A stretch of 54,982 bases of DNA, filler included, from Stramenopiles sp. TOSAG23-3 (Eukaryota), in assembly GCA_900128585.1 (NCBI GenBank). It is 4 parts of 4 records of this genome, joined end to end, with 100 filler letters (N's around TTAATTAATTAA, not from the genome) between each part and the next. Parts side by side here need not be neighbours in the genome. Positions count along the whole stretch, not along the records: positions 25,466 to 50,690 come from LT642291.1; 3 more parts are not named here. The stretch is one strand, 5' to 3'. The position numbers and the translations under genes were made by a program. The notes beneath the pieces were generated by a model. That model saw only the letters and a list, made by a program, of their open reading frames with translations. It had not been told where the DNA came from and did no database searches. Each line of letters starts with the position of its first letter. The stretch's first letter is position 1. Below, piece by piece: positions 34,731 through 45,858 of the stretch.

Positions 34731-37334
34731 TTAGTTTTTAGATTGTATCGAGGCGACGGCCCTTTTGTACTCTTCACTACTGGCGCCGAACTGTTCTCGC
34801 AGCTCTCTTAGAGTCTGAATGTTTTGCTCGGTTGCTGATGGTAATGAGCCCTTTTCTTCCACTACTGGGACAACTTTGGTGCTCTCCGGTTTCGAAGACA
34901 TTTGTTCCTTTCTTTTTGTAACGGACCAGCCTGCCTGGTAAATGACTCGCGCGCTATACATCGTCGCTGTGAATGCAGACACAAGTATCCCAACATTCAT
35001 GACTACCAGCAGTGTTCCTACCGCACCGGTCTCGTACTCACCGGTTGCCGGGTCGTCCAACTTCAAAACCAAGCCGATCAGCAGGTTCAAGACAACTTGA
35101 ACGGAACAACATCGTTGTAAAATGTTGTCCGTTCTGTCTGTGTACGGCTTCACATCCGTGACAACAGAAGCAAACAACAGTGCAACCAGAAGGCCCAAAA
35201 GTATCTGCGATGATGTCCCCGGTCTTATGATGACCAATCCCCCAGCTAAGATCATTTTTCGCAACATTTCTACCGTTTCAAAATACCAGAATTGAGGTTT
35301 GTAACTGTTGTACAACATCCCAAACGTCATTTGTGTTCGTGGCGCGTGTAACGTCTTGCGACGCCTGTACAAGACAATTACTGTAAGGAATGGAATGCCG
35401 ATGACGTACACAAAAATGCACATGACGGCCACCATAGCAGCAACGAGGTGTTCCCCCTGGTAACACTCGGCGCTGAAATCTGCAACCAAGTAGAGCGTTT
35501 CTCCTATCTCCATACATTTGAACATTCGAAATATTTTTGTACCAATCCCAGGGTAGAGCAAAAACACCCAAAATACGCAAAGACTAACACCCTGACCAAA
35601 CACCTCTTTGGGGTTGCCTTTTTTCCAACACACGCGTTTAGACAGAGCCCCTGCGGCTATGATCAAGCCAAACATTATTGGAAGGGCAAGCATGTGGGCA
35701 TAAAATTGATTTATAAACGAAGTTGTAAATGCGCACGGTGATATTGGAATGAACAGGCTTGAAACGTCTACATTAAAAACTTTGAACGTGTCGATTACAT
35801 TTTGAAATGCGTCTGGCCATTTTACATCAAACGTTAAGTTAAAGGCAGATGTAATTTGCAAATAGCCGACAAGGATGCGAAACTTGCTCCGTGTAGACTT
35901 CAGAAAATGGGCTTTGAACGGTTTGGAGTAATTTTTCGATGAAACATTACTGCCTAACCCCGTTTTCCCCAGCGCGGATTCCTGTCCCTTCGCTTGCATA
36001 TCCTCTGCTACAGTGTCGGGCACAACCTCGGCAAGGGTATCTTTCATTTCGGCACATTTTGGAGACAATCGCAAGGCGTTGTATGCAAAGAACATGACAC
36101 AGACAGCAAAGAACGCCAACACGCGGAAGGGGGCGCCATTGCTGTTTGGGCACGTCTTGCAGACGCCCCCTTGGATTGCATAGTTCGGTTTGCACAATTC
36201 GCACAGTGGCCCGTCGTGCCCATCTTTACATTGGTTGTTTGCACTTCCGTTTGAAATTGAGCCGCCGGTGCAAAACTTGGCATTTTCACAAAGGTAAAAA
36301 ATTGCCTCGTGCTTATTCTTCCGCCAATATGACGGTTTTGTCACCAGCGTCTCTACATTCAAATCATTTTCATCGCAACTTGCTCCACTCGGGCAGTCTA
36401 TACACAAATCCGGGTCTGGCACTACCCCAGATGCATTGGTTTTGTTTTGAAAGAAGCCCTTGTCACACACACACTCTTCTCGGGATCGGCGCCCTTTCTT
36501 GCTGTTTGTATTTGTATTCAACGCATAATCGGTGCGACATTTTCTACACTGAGCTGGTGTAGTGCTCCCAGTGTCTTCGTTGTAAGTGTCGGTGTTGCAC
36601 TGAAGACAGCTCGATTGGCCCTCGTTTTCATTATATGTTCCTGGTTCACACTGTTCACACTTTTGGAGTGCTGTGTTTGTTTGTTTTCCGGGTGGGCACA
36701 TCACACATGACGTTGCGCTGATATTATTAATTGTTGTAACCTGCCGTATGCGAGCAGAACCACACACACAGTGGTCGATACTTGTGGCGTTTACCATTAA
36801 TTTTGTGGTGGAAAATGCTGGACATTCTGTACAGACCATCAGTTCGTTCAACGAATAATCGTTGCTATTGTAAAAGTTGGCCTGGCAAGCGCAGGAGTCT
36901 TGCTCGCGAGGGCCTGCCGCGTTTTGTAGCAGTGCGTTCTGGGGGCATTGGACACACTGCACTTGGGCTGTACGATCTTCACCATCGGCTACGCTCCTGT
37001 AGTATGAAGCAGAACATTGGCATCCGTCGATGCTCGACACGTTGGTGCTGGAGTTGGTCGATGAAAACAATGGGCATGCAACACACTGAACGCGTGTATC
37101 ATTGGTAAAGTGTGTGTAATAGTTCCCTCTGCAAATGCAAGCCGCCGCCTCAGTTGGCCCAAGCGAGTTTACTAAGAACGAGTTCAGGGGGCACTGCGCG
37201 CACTGAACCTGAACCCCTCCCCCCGTTCCAATGCTAATAGAACGATAGTACCCATCTGAGCATATACAGTTCTCCAACGAACTTGCATTTGCCAGCCCCT
37301 TTGTGCTGGAAAACAGGGGACATTTTACGCAGCA
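34731..37334 (-). CDS. Cys-rich (GCC2_GCC3/ephrin-receptor-like) repeat, multi-pass membrane receptor-like protein, C-terminal part
   Basis: CxxCP...CxC..YY repeats, C..GHDGPLCELC, KFRILVGYLQI, LVADFSAECY, FGMLYNSYKPQFWYFETVEMLRK and KPY motifs. The frame is open back to ~37334. Confidence 0.85.
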   Translation of the reverse strand, partial: CCVKCPLFSSTKGLANASSLENCICSDGYYRSISIGTGGGVQVQCAQCPLNSFLVNSLGPTEAAACICRGNYYTHFTNDTRVQCVACPLFSSTNSSTNVSSIDGCQCSASYYRSVADGEDRTAQVQCVQCPQNALLQNAAGPREQDSCACQANFYNSNDYSLNELMVCTECPAFSTTKLMVNATSIDHCVCGSARIRQVTTINNISATSCVMCPPGKQTNTALQKCEQCEPGTYNENEGQSSCLQCNTDTYNEDTGSTTPAQCRKCRTDYALNTNTNSKKGRRSREECVCDKGFFQNKTNASGVVPDPDLCIDCPSGASCDENDLNVETLVTKPSYWRKNKHEAIFYLCENAKFCTGGSISNGSANNQCKDGHDGPLCELCKPNYAIQGGVCKTCPNSNGAPFRVLAFFAVCVMFFAYNALRLSPKCAEMKDTLAEVVPDTVAEDMQAKGQESALGKTGLGSNVSSKNYSKPFKAHFLKSTRSKFRILVGYLQITSAFNLTFDVKWPDAFQNVIDTFKVFNVDVSSLFIPISPCAFTTSFINQFYAHMLALPIMFGLIIAAGALSKRVCWKKGNPKEVFGQGVSLCVFWVFLLYPGIGTKIFRMFKCMEIGETLYLVADFSAECYQGEHLVAAMVAVMCIFVYVIGIPFLTVIVLYRRRKTLHAPRTQMTFGMLYNSYKPQFWYFETVEMLRKMILAGGLVIIRPGTSSQILLGLLVALLFASVVTDVKPYTDRTDNILQRCCSVQVVLNLLIGLVLKLDDPATGEYETGAVGTLLVVMNVGILVSAFTATMYSARVIYQAGWSVTKRKEQMSSKPESTKVVPVVEEKGSLPSATEQNIQTLRELREQFGASSEEYKRAVASIQSKN

Positions 37335-37816
37335 TCATCGGCAAAACTTATAAGCAAAGGTGACCAGACAGAAAGGTACACATCGTACTGGGCACCAAAC
37401 GTGCCATTTCCGGTGTTTCTTCTGGCCCGTATGTCGCCAATAGTGTTTGTGTAGAGGATGTCTCTGAGGCCATCGTCGTCAACATCCAAATGGATTACGT
37501 CGTAAAACCCCTGCTCACTAACTGCGAGTAATTTTCGATTGCTATATTGACCCCGTCCATTTTCATTCTCAAACCAAACGATGCTTTGATCGGTAAAGCT
37601 AAGGGCAAGGACGTCATAATCGCCATCGTTGTCCATATCAACCGAAACTGCTTTCACGGGCCCATTAAATGTCTCTGTCAAAGCATGCTCTTTCCATTCA
37701 GTCCCATATGCAATTTCAAAGGAGCAAAGGACGAACACCATCGCAATGCAAGCCAGTGACAAATTACCACGACAACGACCCATCCAAAACATGTGCGTCG
37801 GTTCTATGATCATCAT
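37325..37816 (-). CDS. Signal peptide + FG-GAP/VCBS repeats; probable 5' end of the 34731-37334 gene, joined out of frame
   Basis: DMDNDGDYDVL, IVWFEN.NG.G, DVDDDGLRDIL and NTGNGTF motifs. The ORF ends abruptly at the start of a third repeat (FADD). Confidence 0.7.
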   Translation of the reverse strand: MMIIEPTHMFWMGRCRGNLSLACIAMVFVLCSFEIAYGTEWKEHALTETFNGPVKAVSVDMDNDGDYDVLALSFTDQSIVWFENENGRGQYSNRKLLAVSEQGFYDVIHLDVDDDGLRDILYTNTIGDIRARRNTGNGTFGAQYDVYLSVWSPLLISFADDAA

Positions 37817-38471
37817 GTACCTGAAATCAAACCACCAACACTTTCTTCCCCACCCAAAACAAGATCAAGCCGAAAGGGAAAACAATGGATCTGATGTTCC
37901 TTGTAAAGCATGCATTTTTTTCTTCTCGTTCATTCATACATACATTTATATTCATGAAATTTTCTTTTCATACGAGACGACTTTATTACGAAAAGAAGAA
38001 GAAAAAAAGGGGGGGGGGACGAAAAATGAAACGATTTGTTCCATTTTTAGTTATATTTATTACTATACATATGATATAGGTAATATATATTACAAGTACA
38101 ATATATACAAATATATATTGGTTTTCTATTCTTTCAACCCGTATACTTGTAACAAACATCACCTATGTAAATACGTATAGTTAGCATAATATTCTAAACA
38201 AATTTAATTCAACTTTTTCGTGTACTTGTAAGAACTATTCTCTATATAAATACGTATAGTAAGAAGTAAAAATAAAAACTTTTGTCCTGTATTTAAATAA
38301 TGCTGTGTCTATATATATATAAACCAAACGACTAATAACTTCTTCATTTTTTAAAATTGTTTTTGATTTTTGATGATGAAGAAAAAAAAAAAAAAAAAAA
38401 AAAAAAAGTTTTTAAAAAAAAAAATAAGAAATATCAAGTCAGCAGCAAGCAGTCAGCAGCAGAAGAGATTC

Positions 38472-38785
38472 TCATCTTCTTTTCTTTTTCTTCCTTCTTT
38501 TTTTCTTCTTCTTCCTTCTTTTCTTCTTCTTCCTTCTTTTCTTCTTCTTCCTTCTTTTCTTCTTCTTCCTTCTTTTCTTCTTCTTCCTTCTTTTTTTCTT
38601 CTTCTTCTTCTTCTTTCTTCTTCTTCTTCTTCTTCTTCCTTCTTTTTTTCTTCTTCTTCCTTCTTTTCTTCTTCTTCCTTCTTTTCTTCTTCTTCTTCCT
38701 TCTTTTCTTCTTCTTCCTTCTTTTCTTCTTCTTCCTTCTTCCTCCACCACCACCACCACCAGATTTTTTCTTCTTTTTTTTCTCC
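38472..38785. repeat. Polypyrimidine (CTT-based, ~18-bp period) array
   Basis: TTTTCTTCTTCTTCCTTC-like units repeated many times. Confidence 0.9.
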
Positions 38786-38982
38786 TGGTTTGAAAATTGA
38801 AAACAAATTATAGTATGTCTTGTATGTCTTTTTTGTTTGTATTATCTTCTTTCGTATATTGAGTATATAAATTGTAATGAAAAGGTTTAACGGAATTATT
38901 TATTCCATTTGTTTTTACAAGTGTTAAGCTTATTACTAGTTTTATTAACCGATTGTTTTATTTTTGAAGATACAATAATACC

Positions 38983-39423
38983 ATGGCGGAGAAATCAACG
39001 TTGTTCGATGGAAGTTATGGACTGTCTGTGCGAGTCCCCGGGGTATCGTTTGAAGAGGCGGTGGAGAAAGTTAAGAAATCTTTCTCGGCTGCAGGTTTTG
39101 GTTTACCACCTGGAACCACCAACTTGGACATGGCTGGTATTTTTGGCAAAAAGTTCCCGGGCAAGTTTGATCTTCCACAGATGCTGGTGATTGGCTTTTG
39201 CTCCCCCCCTCATGCTTTGAAGGCCATGATGACGGAGCGAAGCACTGCGCTGCTTGTTCCGTGCAACGTCTGCGTTGCTATGACCGCGGACAACGTAGTC
39301 GAGGTCGCCGCTATCGACCCATACGCGCTGCTGGGTGTCGTTAACCGAAAGGATGCACTACGGGAGCTCGTAGAAGAGGTGAGGACCATGATCAAGGCAG
39401 GGCTTGCGGGTCTAACGGCGTAA
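38983..39423 (+). CDS. DUF302-domain protein
   Basis: SFEEAVEKV...GFG...D...F.KK, IGFCSP..A..A, LLVPCNVCV and VEVAAIDP motifs. Confidence 0.85.
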   Translation: MAEKSTLFDGSYGLSVRVPGVSFEEAVEKVKKSFSAAGFGLPPGTTNLDMAGIFGKKFPGKFDLPQMLVIGFCSPPHALKAMMTERSTALLVPCNVCVAMTADNVVEVAAIDPYALLGVVNRKDALRELVEEVRTMIKAGLAGLTA

Positions 39424-40170
39424 ACGTAGTATATTTATCCTCCTCGAAAAGATCGAACTATTTTTGGTGGTGCGATGAGCACACGTCGTCGTCATCTCTA
39501 TCTCTTCTTTTTCTCTTCCTTTATCATCCATATGGGAGTGAGTAAAATCCTCTCTTCTTGATGCTGCGGGATTGGAATCAGAAAATTTACTACTACCACG
39601 ACAAAAGAAAGATTAAGTAGTTTTACAATCTTTTTCCTTTCTTCTCGAGATTCAATAATAGCTATAACTTTGGTACGATATAATGATATAATTATCATCA
39701 ACAAAAAACATCTCTTCTTCTTCTTCTCTTCTTCTTTTAAGTATTTTAGGGCTATAGAGTATAGAGGAGAGAGACAAGATAAGTCACCTAACATTAAGGA
39801 TATGTGTTTTGTGTTTATAGGAATAACTATAAGATCAATTGTAACATAGCATATATAATCATTATACATATATATCCTTAATATTTGCTTATTTGGTCAT
39901 CCATCGTCCGTCCATCCTTCTTCTTTCTTTCTTTCGACCTTTCGACTCTTTCTTTCTTTCGATGAAAATGATGATCTCTCTTCTTCTTCTTTCTTCTTAA
40001 TACTACTTCTATAATATTTTTTTATTATTATTTTTTTTTTTCTTTTTTTTTTATCATATCTCCTCTTCTCTCTACCTTTTCTCTCACTCATCATCAAAAA
40101 ATATATACTTTAACAAAAATCAAATGACACTGAAACATAAAAATATTATGAAATGGAATGTGATGGGTAG

Positions 40171-43100
40171 ATGAAAACGATTTTCTTTTTCTCTACCGAT
40201 GCTTGTTTGTTAACCCCCGTTTCTATTATTTACGGTTTCTATCGACCATTTCTTTCGTTTCATTTATTTTGGTGGCCTGGGCAGCACCAGGCCTCATACA
40301 ACAGCTTGCATGGGTCTCTGTTTCAATTTGAGACCTACGCCTGGAACAACGTTTCGCCGTCCTCGATTGCACCCGCGTCTGCATACGTGCATGACGATAC
40401 TGCGCTACGAGACTCCGTGACACTAGAGTTTAACGACCCAATAGCAAACTTGAACGCGGTAGACCCGTCCCAGTTTGTCGTGAACGTAATAAATGCAAAC
40501 CGTGAGGAATCGCCTACCAGTATGACCCTGCAGGCATACAAAGTAATATTGAAAATGCCAACAGAGTTTGCATATAGGGAGACGTTCAAAGTGTCGTACA
40601 CCCATAATGTAACAGCGATCGAGGGCGTTGCAGGGGGGGTTAACTACGTGGCGTCTTTCACGGACTTCTCCGGCAGCAACGCCATCCGTGCACCAGTACC
40701 TGAACCGACCAAAGCCAACATCAATAGCGAAGATAAGGTGTTCATCGAGTTCTCTACTCCCATCACCTCGGGGACAACGCGAAATGGCGATTGGTCCGTT
40801 TCCAGTGTAAAACACGGAAGTGCAACGTTGCAAAGCCCAGCGTCCCACACGGTTACGAAAGTGACGGTCGACTCTACGCGAACCATTAGACTCGACATTG
40901 ACGGGACGACGCCATTGCGGTCGGGCTACAATGTTACTGTAGAATACAAACGGCCAGTAGATACGACGCATCATCTGTTCAATACGTACGCGAAACCATT
41001 GGATTCCTTCAGGTGGGCAAACACAGTAAACGAGCTCATTACAAAACTTTTGTACGCCACAATAGAGACCGCTGCGCCAAAAAACATCAGTCTGGTCTTT
41101 GACAGTTGGATTACAAGCTCCACCATGCCTGACAGCGGCTTTGCTGTCACGGTGGACGGGGCCAACAACAACGTTGTTGGCCATTTTATCAATTCCCAGA
41201 GTGGGGTAGTCTTGGTTTGCCTACAGACTCCTGTTAAAAGTGCTTCAAATGCCACGAGGGTCAGTTTTACGCAAAGCTCCAGCAGTGCAGCGTATATCAC
41301 AAACGCCGTCGGCGGCCAAGCTGCATCATTCGCGCCACAAATGGTGTACAATACTATTGGCACCCCTGAAGTCAAGTCTGTCTCCGTTGAAAGTACCAAT
41401 GCTGGCGTAGCGCGAATATTATTTAACTTGGAAGTCGCGGTCGCCTCGTCGCTATCCGCCCATGACTTTAGTGTGTACGTGAACGGCAACATGACAGATA
41501 AGGTAAAACTAACGAAAGCGGAAGTGGTGATAGACAAAATTGAGCTAACGCTGGAAACACCGTTGGACTTTGGAGATACATTTTGGGTGCTGTACACGAA
41601 AAACACAACGAATTCCAATCAGAATTTGAAGTCAAAGCTTACCAATGTGCCATTGGAGAGTTTTCCCGCTCCCTTGCTGGGGACTAACAGACGAGGGACG
41701 ACGTGTTGCACCACATCGACGCTAGACGTCGCTTCAGTAGCAGGCGCACATGGGAGAGTTGTAATTCTTGGGTTTCAGCATAGCTTAGATAAATATAACG
41801 GGGTTACAAAGGATGGGTACTCGATTTCTGTAAATGGGGTAGATAAAGCTGTGGAATCCATACAGCTCCAGCAGGGAAAGGTTGCGTTGACTATGAGTGC
41901 GGCGGACCAGGTAGTAGATATGGCGGCCGTCGTGCGAGTCAGCTACTCTCATACCAACAATGACAATCCTCCAGTAGTAACGTTTGCCAACCATGTCATA
42001 ACTCTGCAGAACAGCACGACCACGGTTTCGGTCAGTGCGCAAGTCACCCCAAGTCCAGCACTGGTGGGTCTTGCCTGGACTCAGAAGCAAGGGGATCGTA
42101 TAGTCGCAACGTTCGATCGGAATTTAAACGAAACGGAGGTGCCTCTGACATCCAAGTTTGAAATTGAGGTGGACAGCGCTGCGCAGTCCCCACGCTCGTT
42201 GGCAATATCAGGGTCTACACTAACTGTCGTGCTAGACTCATCAATAGATTTGGCAAATGCCATCAGTGTTATTTTAACGTACACAAAGACCAACCAGTCT
42301 GCCACGATGGTACAGGTACTGACCCCGGCAGCCAACGCGTCAAACAGCAGCACGAACAGCAGCAACCAAACCAACACCCAAACGGTCATTGTTTCCCCGT
42401 CCGCTTCCTCCGTTCGTCTGCAAGGTACCAACGGGGCAAACGTTCACTCTTTCAGCAAAACGGTCACGCGGCACTCGAGCCCAAGATTTGTTTCTGCCGT
42501 CGTTTCTCGCCTTAATCCCCGAGTAGTAAACATTACGCTGTCGCATAATCTGATCACTGTCGGCGATAGTGTCATATTCAGACGAATGAAAACCGTAAGC
42601 AGAGGAACGTTTGGCAACTACGATGGCCCTCCCTCCATTGTCAAAGCGATTGCGTACGACAGCACTAGTAATCCCAGCCCTGGGATTTCGGATTATGACG
42701 TCCTTGATTTGCACTTTAGTGTTCCGACAAACAAACCTAGCGTTGCATATCATAGCGATATTGAAACGCTCCTTACATTTTCATCTCTGCTTGGCACAAA
42801 CCTGACTGGTTATTGGAAAACTGCATCGGTCCTCTCAATTACAATATGCTGCGGAATCGACAACGGGCGCGACGTAGTCGACCTCTACAAAACTCAAGTG
42901 AACCGTGGCGGTAGCACGAAAGGGCTGCAGGTGTCCGTGAATGAGAAAGGGGGGCTCATTACTGTTGATGGAAGCAACGGCGCAGTTGCGTGCATTGACT
43001 CGGCATACTTGAACGAAGGCACGTGGGGAAACCGTTCCGCGCCTTTGCTCGTTACGGCTACTGCCGAAAATACTGGAAATGGGCCAGGGATAAATAATGG

Positions 43101-45858
43101 AGACAGCATTATATTGTGCTTCGATGCAGAGACTAACTACCCCATTCCTGATGGCAGCCATGAGGTACTCTCGTGGTTCACGTTTCATGCGAGTTCGACC
43201 CCTGCAACGACGACAATACTTGGCAGTCAGTTTGACCTCGTTTGGATAAACGCAACGTGCGCACGGCTGACTATTGTCGATACTTCTGGGCTCGATGCCG
43301 ACCCTGCAACCACCAGGTCGTGCACAAAGGCAAGTGCGTTCGGGGCGACGGGCTGTCTGCACGTTTCCATGGTGCCAGGAAACCGGATAAGACACCTCGA
43401 CAATTCCAGTTCTTACGCTGGTGGGCAATTTTTAAAACTGAAAGGCAGCTGGGGAACCCACCCTGCTTCTAGCTCTGGGTCGGCAGACGCAGTGAAGCTG
43501 GTCTCCATTTGCGGCGAGAGTGGGGGCTCGGCGGGAGCTTTAGACAGCGGAGATCGTTTAGTGATCGTCTTTTCTTCGCCACCGTACCAATTAGACCTCT
43601 CATCAAAAGCAAAAGTTGACAGCTTGTTTGGGTTCAGCGCCTCCATTGGGGCCAACTACAGCGCAGAATGGCGAAACCTAACATCCCTTGTAATCACTGT
43701 GATTAACGCCAGCAGTGCCGCCGACAGAATGCTGACAACATACAACATTTTGACGCTTACGCTTAAAACGTCCGGAAACATGCTTCCGGCCGACTTGGAA
43801 GGCATCGCAACAACGGGCTCGGCGAAGTTATCTTGTGGTACGTTTGGCATCGCCACACCCCCGGTCATATTGTCGCTAGTGGCAAGTGGGACTGCCGGGG
43901 GGATTTCGAACAACGACAAACTGACCATATCGTTCGACCAACAAGTTCTGACGCCGTCTATTGCGACAAAAGAAGAAGTGGATGCACTATTCCAGTTCTC
44001 CGCTGGCATTGGCAAAAACTATTCCGGAAAGTGGCTTTCTCACACGGTTGCAGAGATCACGATGTTGGACGTCACCAACGGCTTCCTATACACTGGGACC
44101 TGGTTTTTGATACCCCTATCCGGGTCGCTGTACTGGCACAACACCTCAGAGGGGTCTAGCCGGGGCTGCCAATGCGCAGTCTCGCCCTCTCCATCAAGAT
44201 GCATCTGCACGTCAGAGCCTCAGACGAGTGACATGACGAACGGCACGGCTTTTACCGTTCTTTTGCCGTCATCCCCGAATGTGCCTCTAGAGTTGCAAGT
44301 GGAGACCGTGACATCAACGTACATCACATACAAAGTTCCGAACGATCCAAATTTCCAGACTCCACTGCCAAACGTGTTTGTGGAGGCAAACATTTCACAC
44401 ACGTCAAACCCTTTTCCGCCCCCTTTGCAAAGTCCATCATCAGAGACCGCCGTTGGAGCGCTTGTGGTTCAAGTGAAAAGTGACACGTTTCAACTGCTGT
44501 CTCGAGACTCCATGTCGTCCCCGTCAACAGCTGCGGCGGTTCTGGACGGCTCTTGGGGTAGTAATTCAGGCCGGGCCTTGCCTGAAATACACACCGTTGT
44601 CGCCGTCAACAACGGTGGTGAATCGGGGCTAAACAATGGGGACGAAGTCAAAATTAAGTTCAGCGCGGACGTTCGACGACAGTCGTCCGATGCTGTGGTG
44701 TCCCTAGGCTTCACGTCGTCAGCAATAATGGAGGGCGGTCAGTGGCAGCTAATGTTCAAGAAGAACGGTTGCTCGTTCGGCACAGGCGTTGTCGGGGGAA
44801 ATGGTACTTCCAGCACTGCCCTTCAGATGATCGTAAATGCGCTCGTGCCGTTCGCGCCCAGTGGGGTCGTTGTCTCCAAAACGCCCACAAGCTTTGCACT
44901 GACGTTTGGAGAGTGCCCGTGGTGCGATTTTGATAGCGTCACGCTGTCCGTTTTAAATGCGACTGGTCAAGCGAGTGGATCGGTCGTAGTAAGCACTGAC
45001 GTGCCGCCGTTTACGTTGGAATCGAGCGATTTCGTAGACACGTTGATTGCATTTTCATCCCCTATTGGTCTGTCATATTCTGGGTACTGGAACAGCCCCA
45101 GGCAACTGACCATAAAAATAGATTCAGCAATTTCTGGGGTGGCGTTCAAAGATACCAGAATTGGGGCGCTGAATTTTAAACTTCTTGCGAACGCCATCGA
45201 GTCGGCGGACAGGTCCCAAGTTCAGGGCACAGAAACGCAGTGGGTGTCTGTCGCCGGCAGCTGGGGGTCGCATGCGCCCCCCCAAATGACCCAGGCGGTT
45301 GCGTCTGACCCGGCAGATCCCCCCGAGAAAGGTTTTACAACAAAGGACGTGCTTGAAGTATTCTTTGACAAGGAGACGAACATGCCATCGGTATCGACGA
45401 AAGGGGGGGTAGACGACCTGCTGGACTGGACAAGCATAATTGAGGGTACGACTTACAATTGCAAGTCTGTGAACTGCTTTGCCCCCGGGTCCGACTACGA
45501 AGGGAAATGGGTAACCCCTAAGCTATTGAAAATCAGCGTGACCGATGCGACCTTGACAAAATCCCCGCACTACCAGTCTACCGGGAACGACGGCATTGAA
45601 ATATCACCAGAAAAGCAGTTAGAAATCGGTAACTTTCATGTTGTTTTGAAAAATTCAGGGAGGTTAAAGTCTCTCGATCTGTCGTCTGGCAGTGCATCCG
45701 GTGTGATAAAAGTGAGCGGGGATTGGGGGACACCAATCATGAACCAAAACGTTGTCCAAATATTTTACATGATTGCATTGTTTGGTAGTGCATTGGCATT
45801 CACTTACTTCATCTTGAAGTCTATTTACATTTACACCTGTCGTCCGAAAGTTGAGTAA
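40171..45858 (+). CDS. Giant type-I membrane surface protein with SwmB-like beta repeats followed by six ~120-aa repeats ending G[STD][WF]G; start uncertain
   Basis: 1895-aa ORF with repeats of V.L.F...L......F.V.V.G...V.L.L......V.VSY, a second repeat D.L.I.F...TN.P...D.L..FS..IG..YSG.W....L.I, and a C-terminal TM IFYMIALFGSALAFTYFIL. Confidence 0.75.
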   Translation: MKTIFFFSTDACLLTPVSIIYGFYRPFLSFHLFWWPGQHQASYNSLHGSLFQFETYAWNNVSPSSIAPASAYVHDDTALRDSVTLEFNDPIANLNAVDPSQFVVNVINANREESPTSMTLQAYKVILKMPTEFAYRETFKVSYTHNVTAIEGVAGGVNYVASFTDFSGSNAIRAPVPEPTKANINSEDKVFIEFSTPITSGTTRNGDWSVSSVKHGSATLQSPASHTVTKVTVDSTRTIRLDIDGTTPLRSGYNVTVEYKRPVDTTHHLFNTYAKPLDSFRWANTVNELITKLLYATIETAAPKNISLVFDSWITSSTMPDSGFAVTVDGANNNVVGHFINSQSGVVLVCLQTPVKSASNATRVSFTQSSSSAAYITNAVGGQAASFAPQMVYNTIGTPEVKSVSVESTNAGVARILFNLEVAVASSLSAHDFSVYVNGNMTDKVKLTKAEVVIDKIELTLETPLDFGDTFWVLYTKNTTNSNQNLKSKLTNVPLESFPAPLLGTNRRGTTCCTTSTLDVASVAGAHGRVVILGFQHSLDKYNGVTKDGYSISVNGVDKAVESIQLQQGKVALTMSAADQVVDMAAVVRVSYSHTNNDNPPVVTFANHVITLQNSTTTVSVSAQVTPSPALVGLAWTQKQGDRIVATFDRNLNETEVPLTSKFEIEVDSAAQSPRSLAISGSTLTVVLDSSIDLANAISVILTYTKTNQSATMVQVLTPAANASNSSTNSSNQTNTQTVIVSPSASSVRLQGTNGANVHSFSKTVTRHSSPRFVSAVVSRLNPRVVNITLSHNLITVGDSVIFRRMKTVSRGTFGNYDGPPSIVKAIAYDSTSNPSPGISDYDVLDLHFSVPTNKPSVAYHSDIETLLTFSSLLGTNLTGYWKTASVLSITICCGIDNGRDVVDLYKTQVNRGGSTKGLQVSVNEKGGLITVDGSNGAVACIDSAYLNEGTWGNRSAPLLVTATAENTGNGPGINNGDSIILCFDAETNYPIPDGSHEVLSWFTFHASSTPATTTILGSQFDLVWINATCARLTIVDTSGLDADPATTRSCTKASAFGATGCLHVSMVPGNRIRHLDNSSSYAGGQFLKLKGSWGTHPASSSGSADAVKLVSICGESGGSAGALDSGDRLVIVFSSPPYQLDLSSKAKVDSLFGFSASIGANYSAEWRNLTSLVITVINASSAADRMLTTYNILTLTLKTSGNMLPADLEGIATTGSAKLSCGTFGIATPPVILSLVASGTAGGISNNDKLTISFDQQVLTPSIATKEEVDALFQFSAGIGKNYSGKWLSHTVAEITMLDVTNGFLYTGTWFLIPLSGSLYWHNTSEGSSRGCQCAVSPSPSRCICTSEPQTSDMTNGTAFTVLLPSSPNVPLELQVETVTSTYITYKVPNDPNFQTPLPNVFVEANISHTSNPFPPPLQSPSSETAVGALVVQVKSDTFQLLSRDSMSSPSTAAAVLDGSWGSNSGRALPEIHTVVAVNNGGESGLNNGDEVKIKFSADVRRQSSDAVVSLGFTSSAIMEGGQWQLMFKKNGCSFGTGVVGGNGTSSTALQMIVNALVPFAPSGVVVSKTPTSFALTFGECPWCDFDSVTLSVLNATGQASGSVVVSTDVPPFTLESSDFVDTLIAFSSPIGLSYSGYWNSPRQLTIKIDSAISGVAFKDTRIGALNFKLLANAIESADRSQVQGTETQWVSVAGSWGSHAPPQMTQAVASDPADPPEKGFTTKDVLEVFFDKETNMPSVSTKGGVDDLLDWTSIIEGTTYNCKSVNCFAPGSDYEGKWVTPKLLKISVTDATLTKSPHYQSTGNDGIEISPEKQLEIGNFHVVLKNSGRLKSLDLSSGSASGVIKVSGDWGTPIMNQNVVQIFYMIALFGSALAFTYFILKSIYIYTCRPKVE

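Noticed and set aside
38357-38813. Poly-F/S/K/E ORFs here and at 20874-21369, 3900-4259 and 39498-40097
   Set aside because: Translations of microsatellite or low-complexity intergenic DNA.
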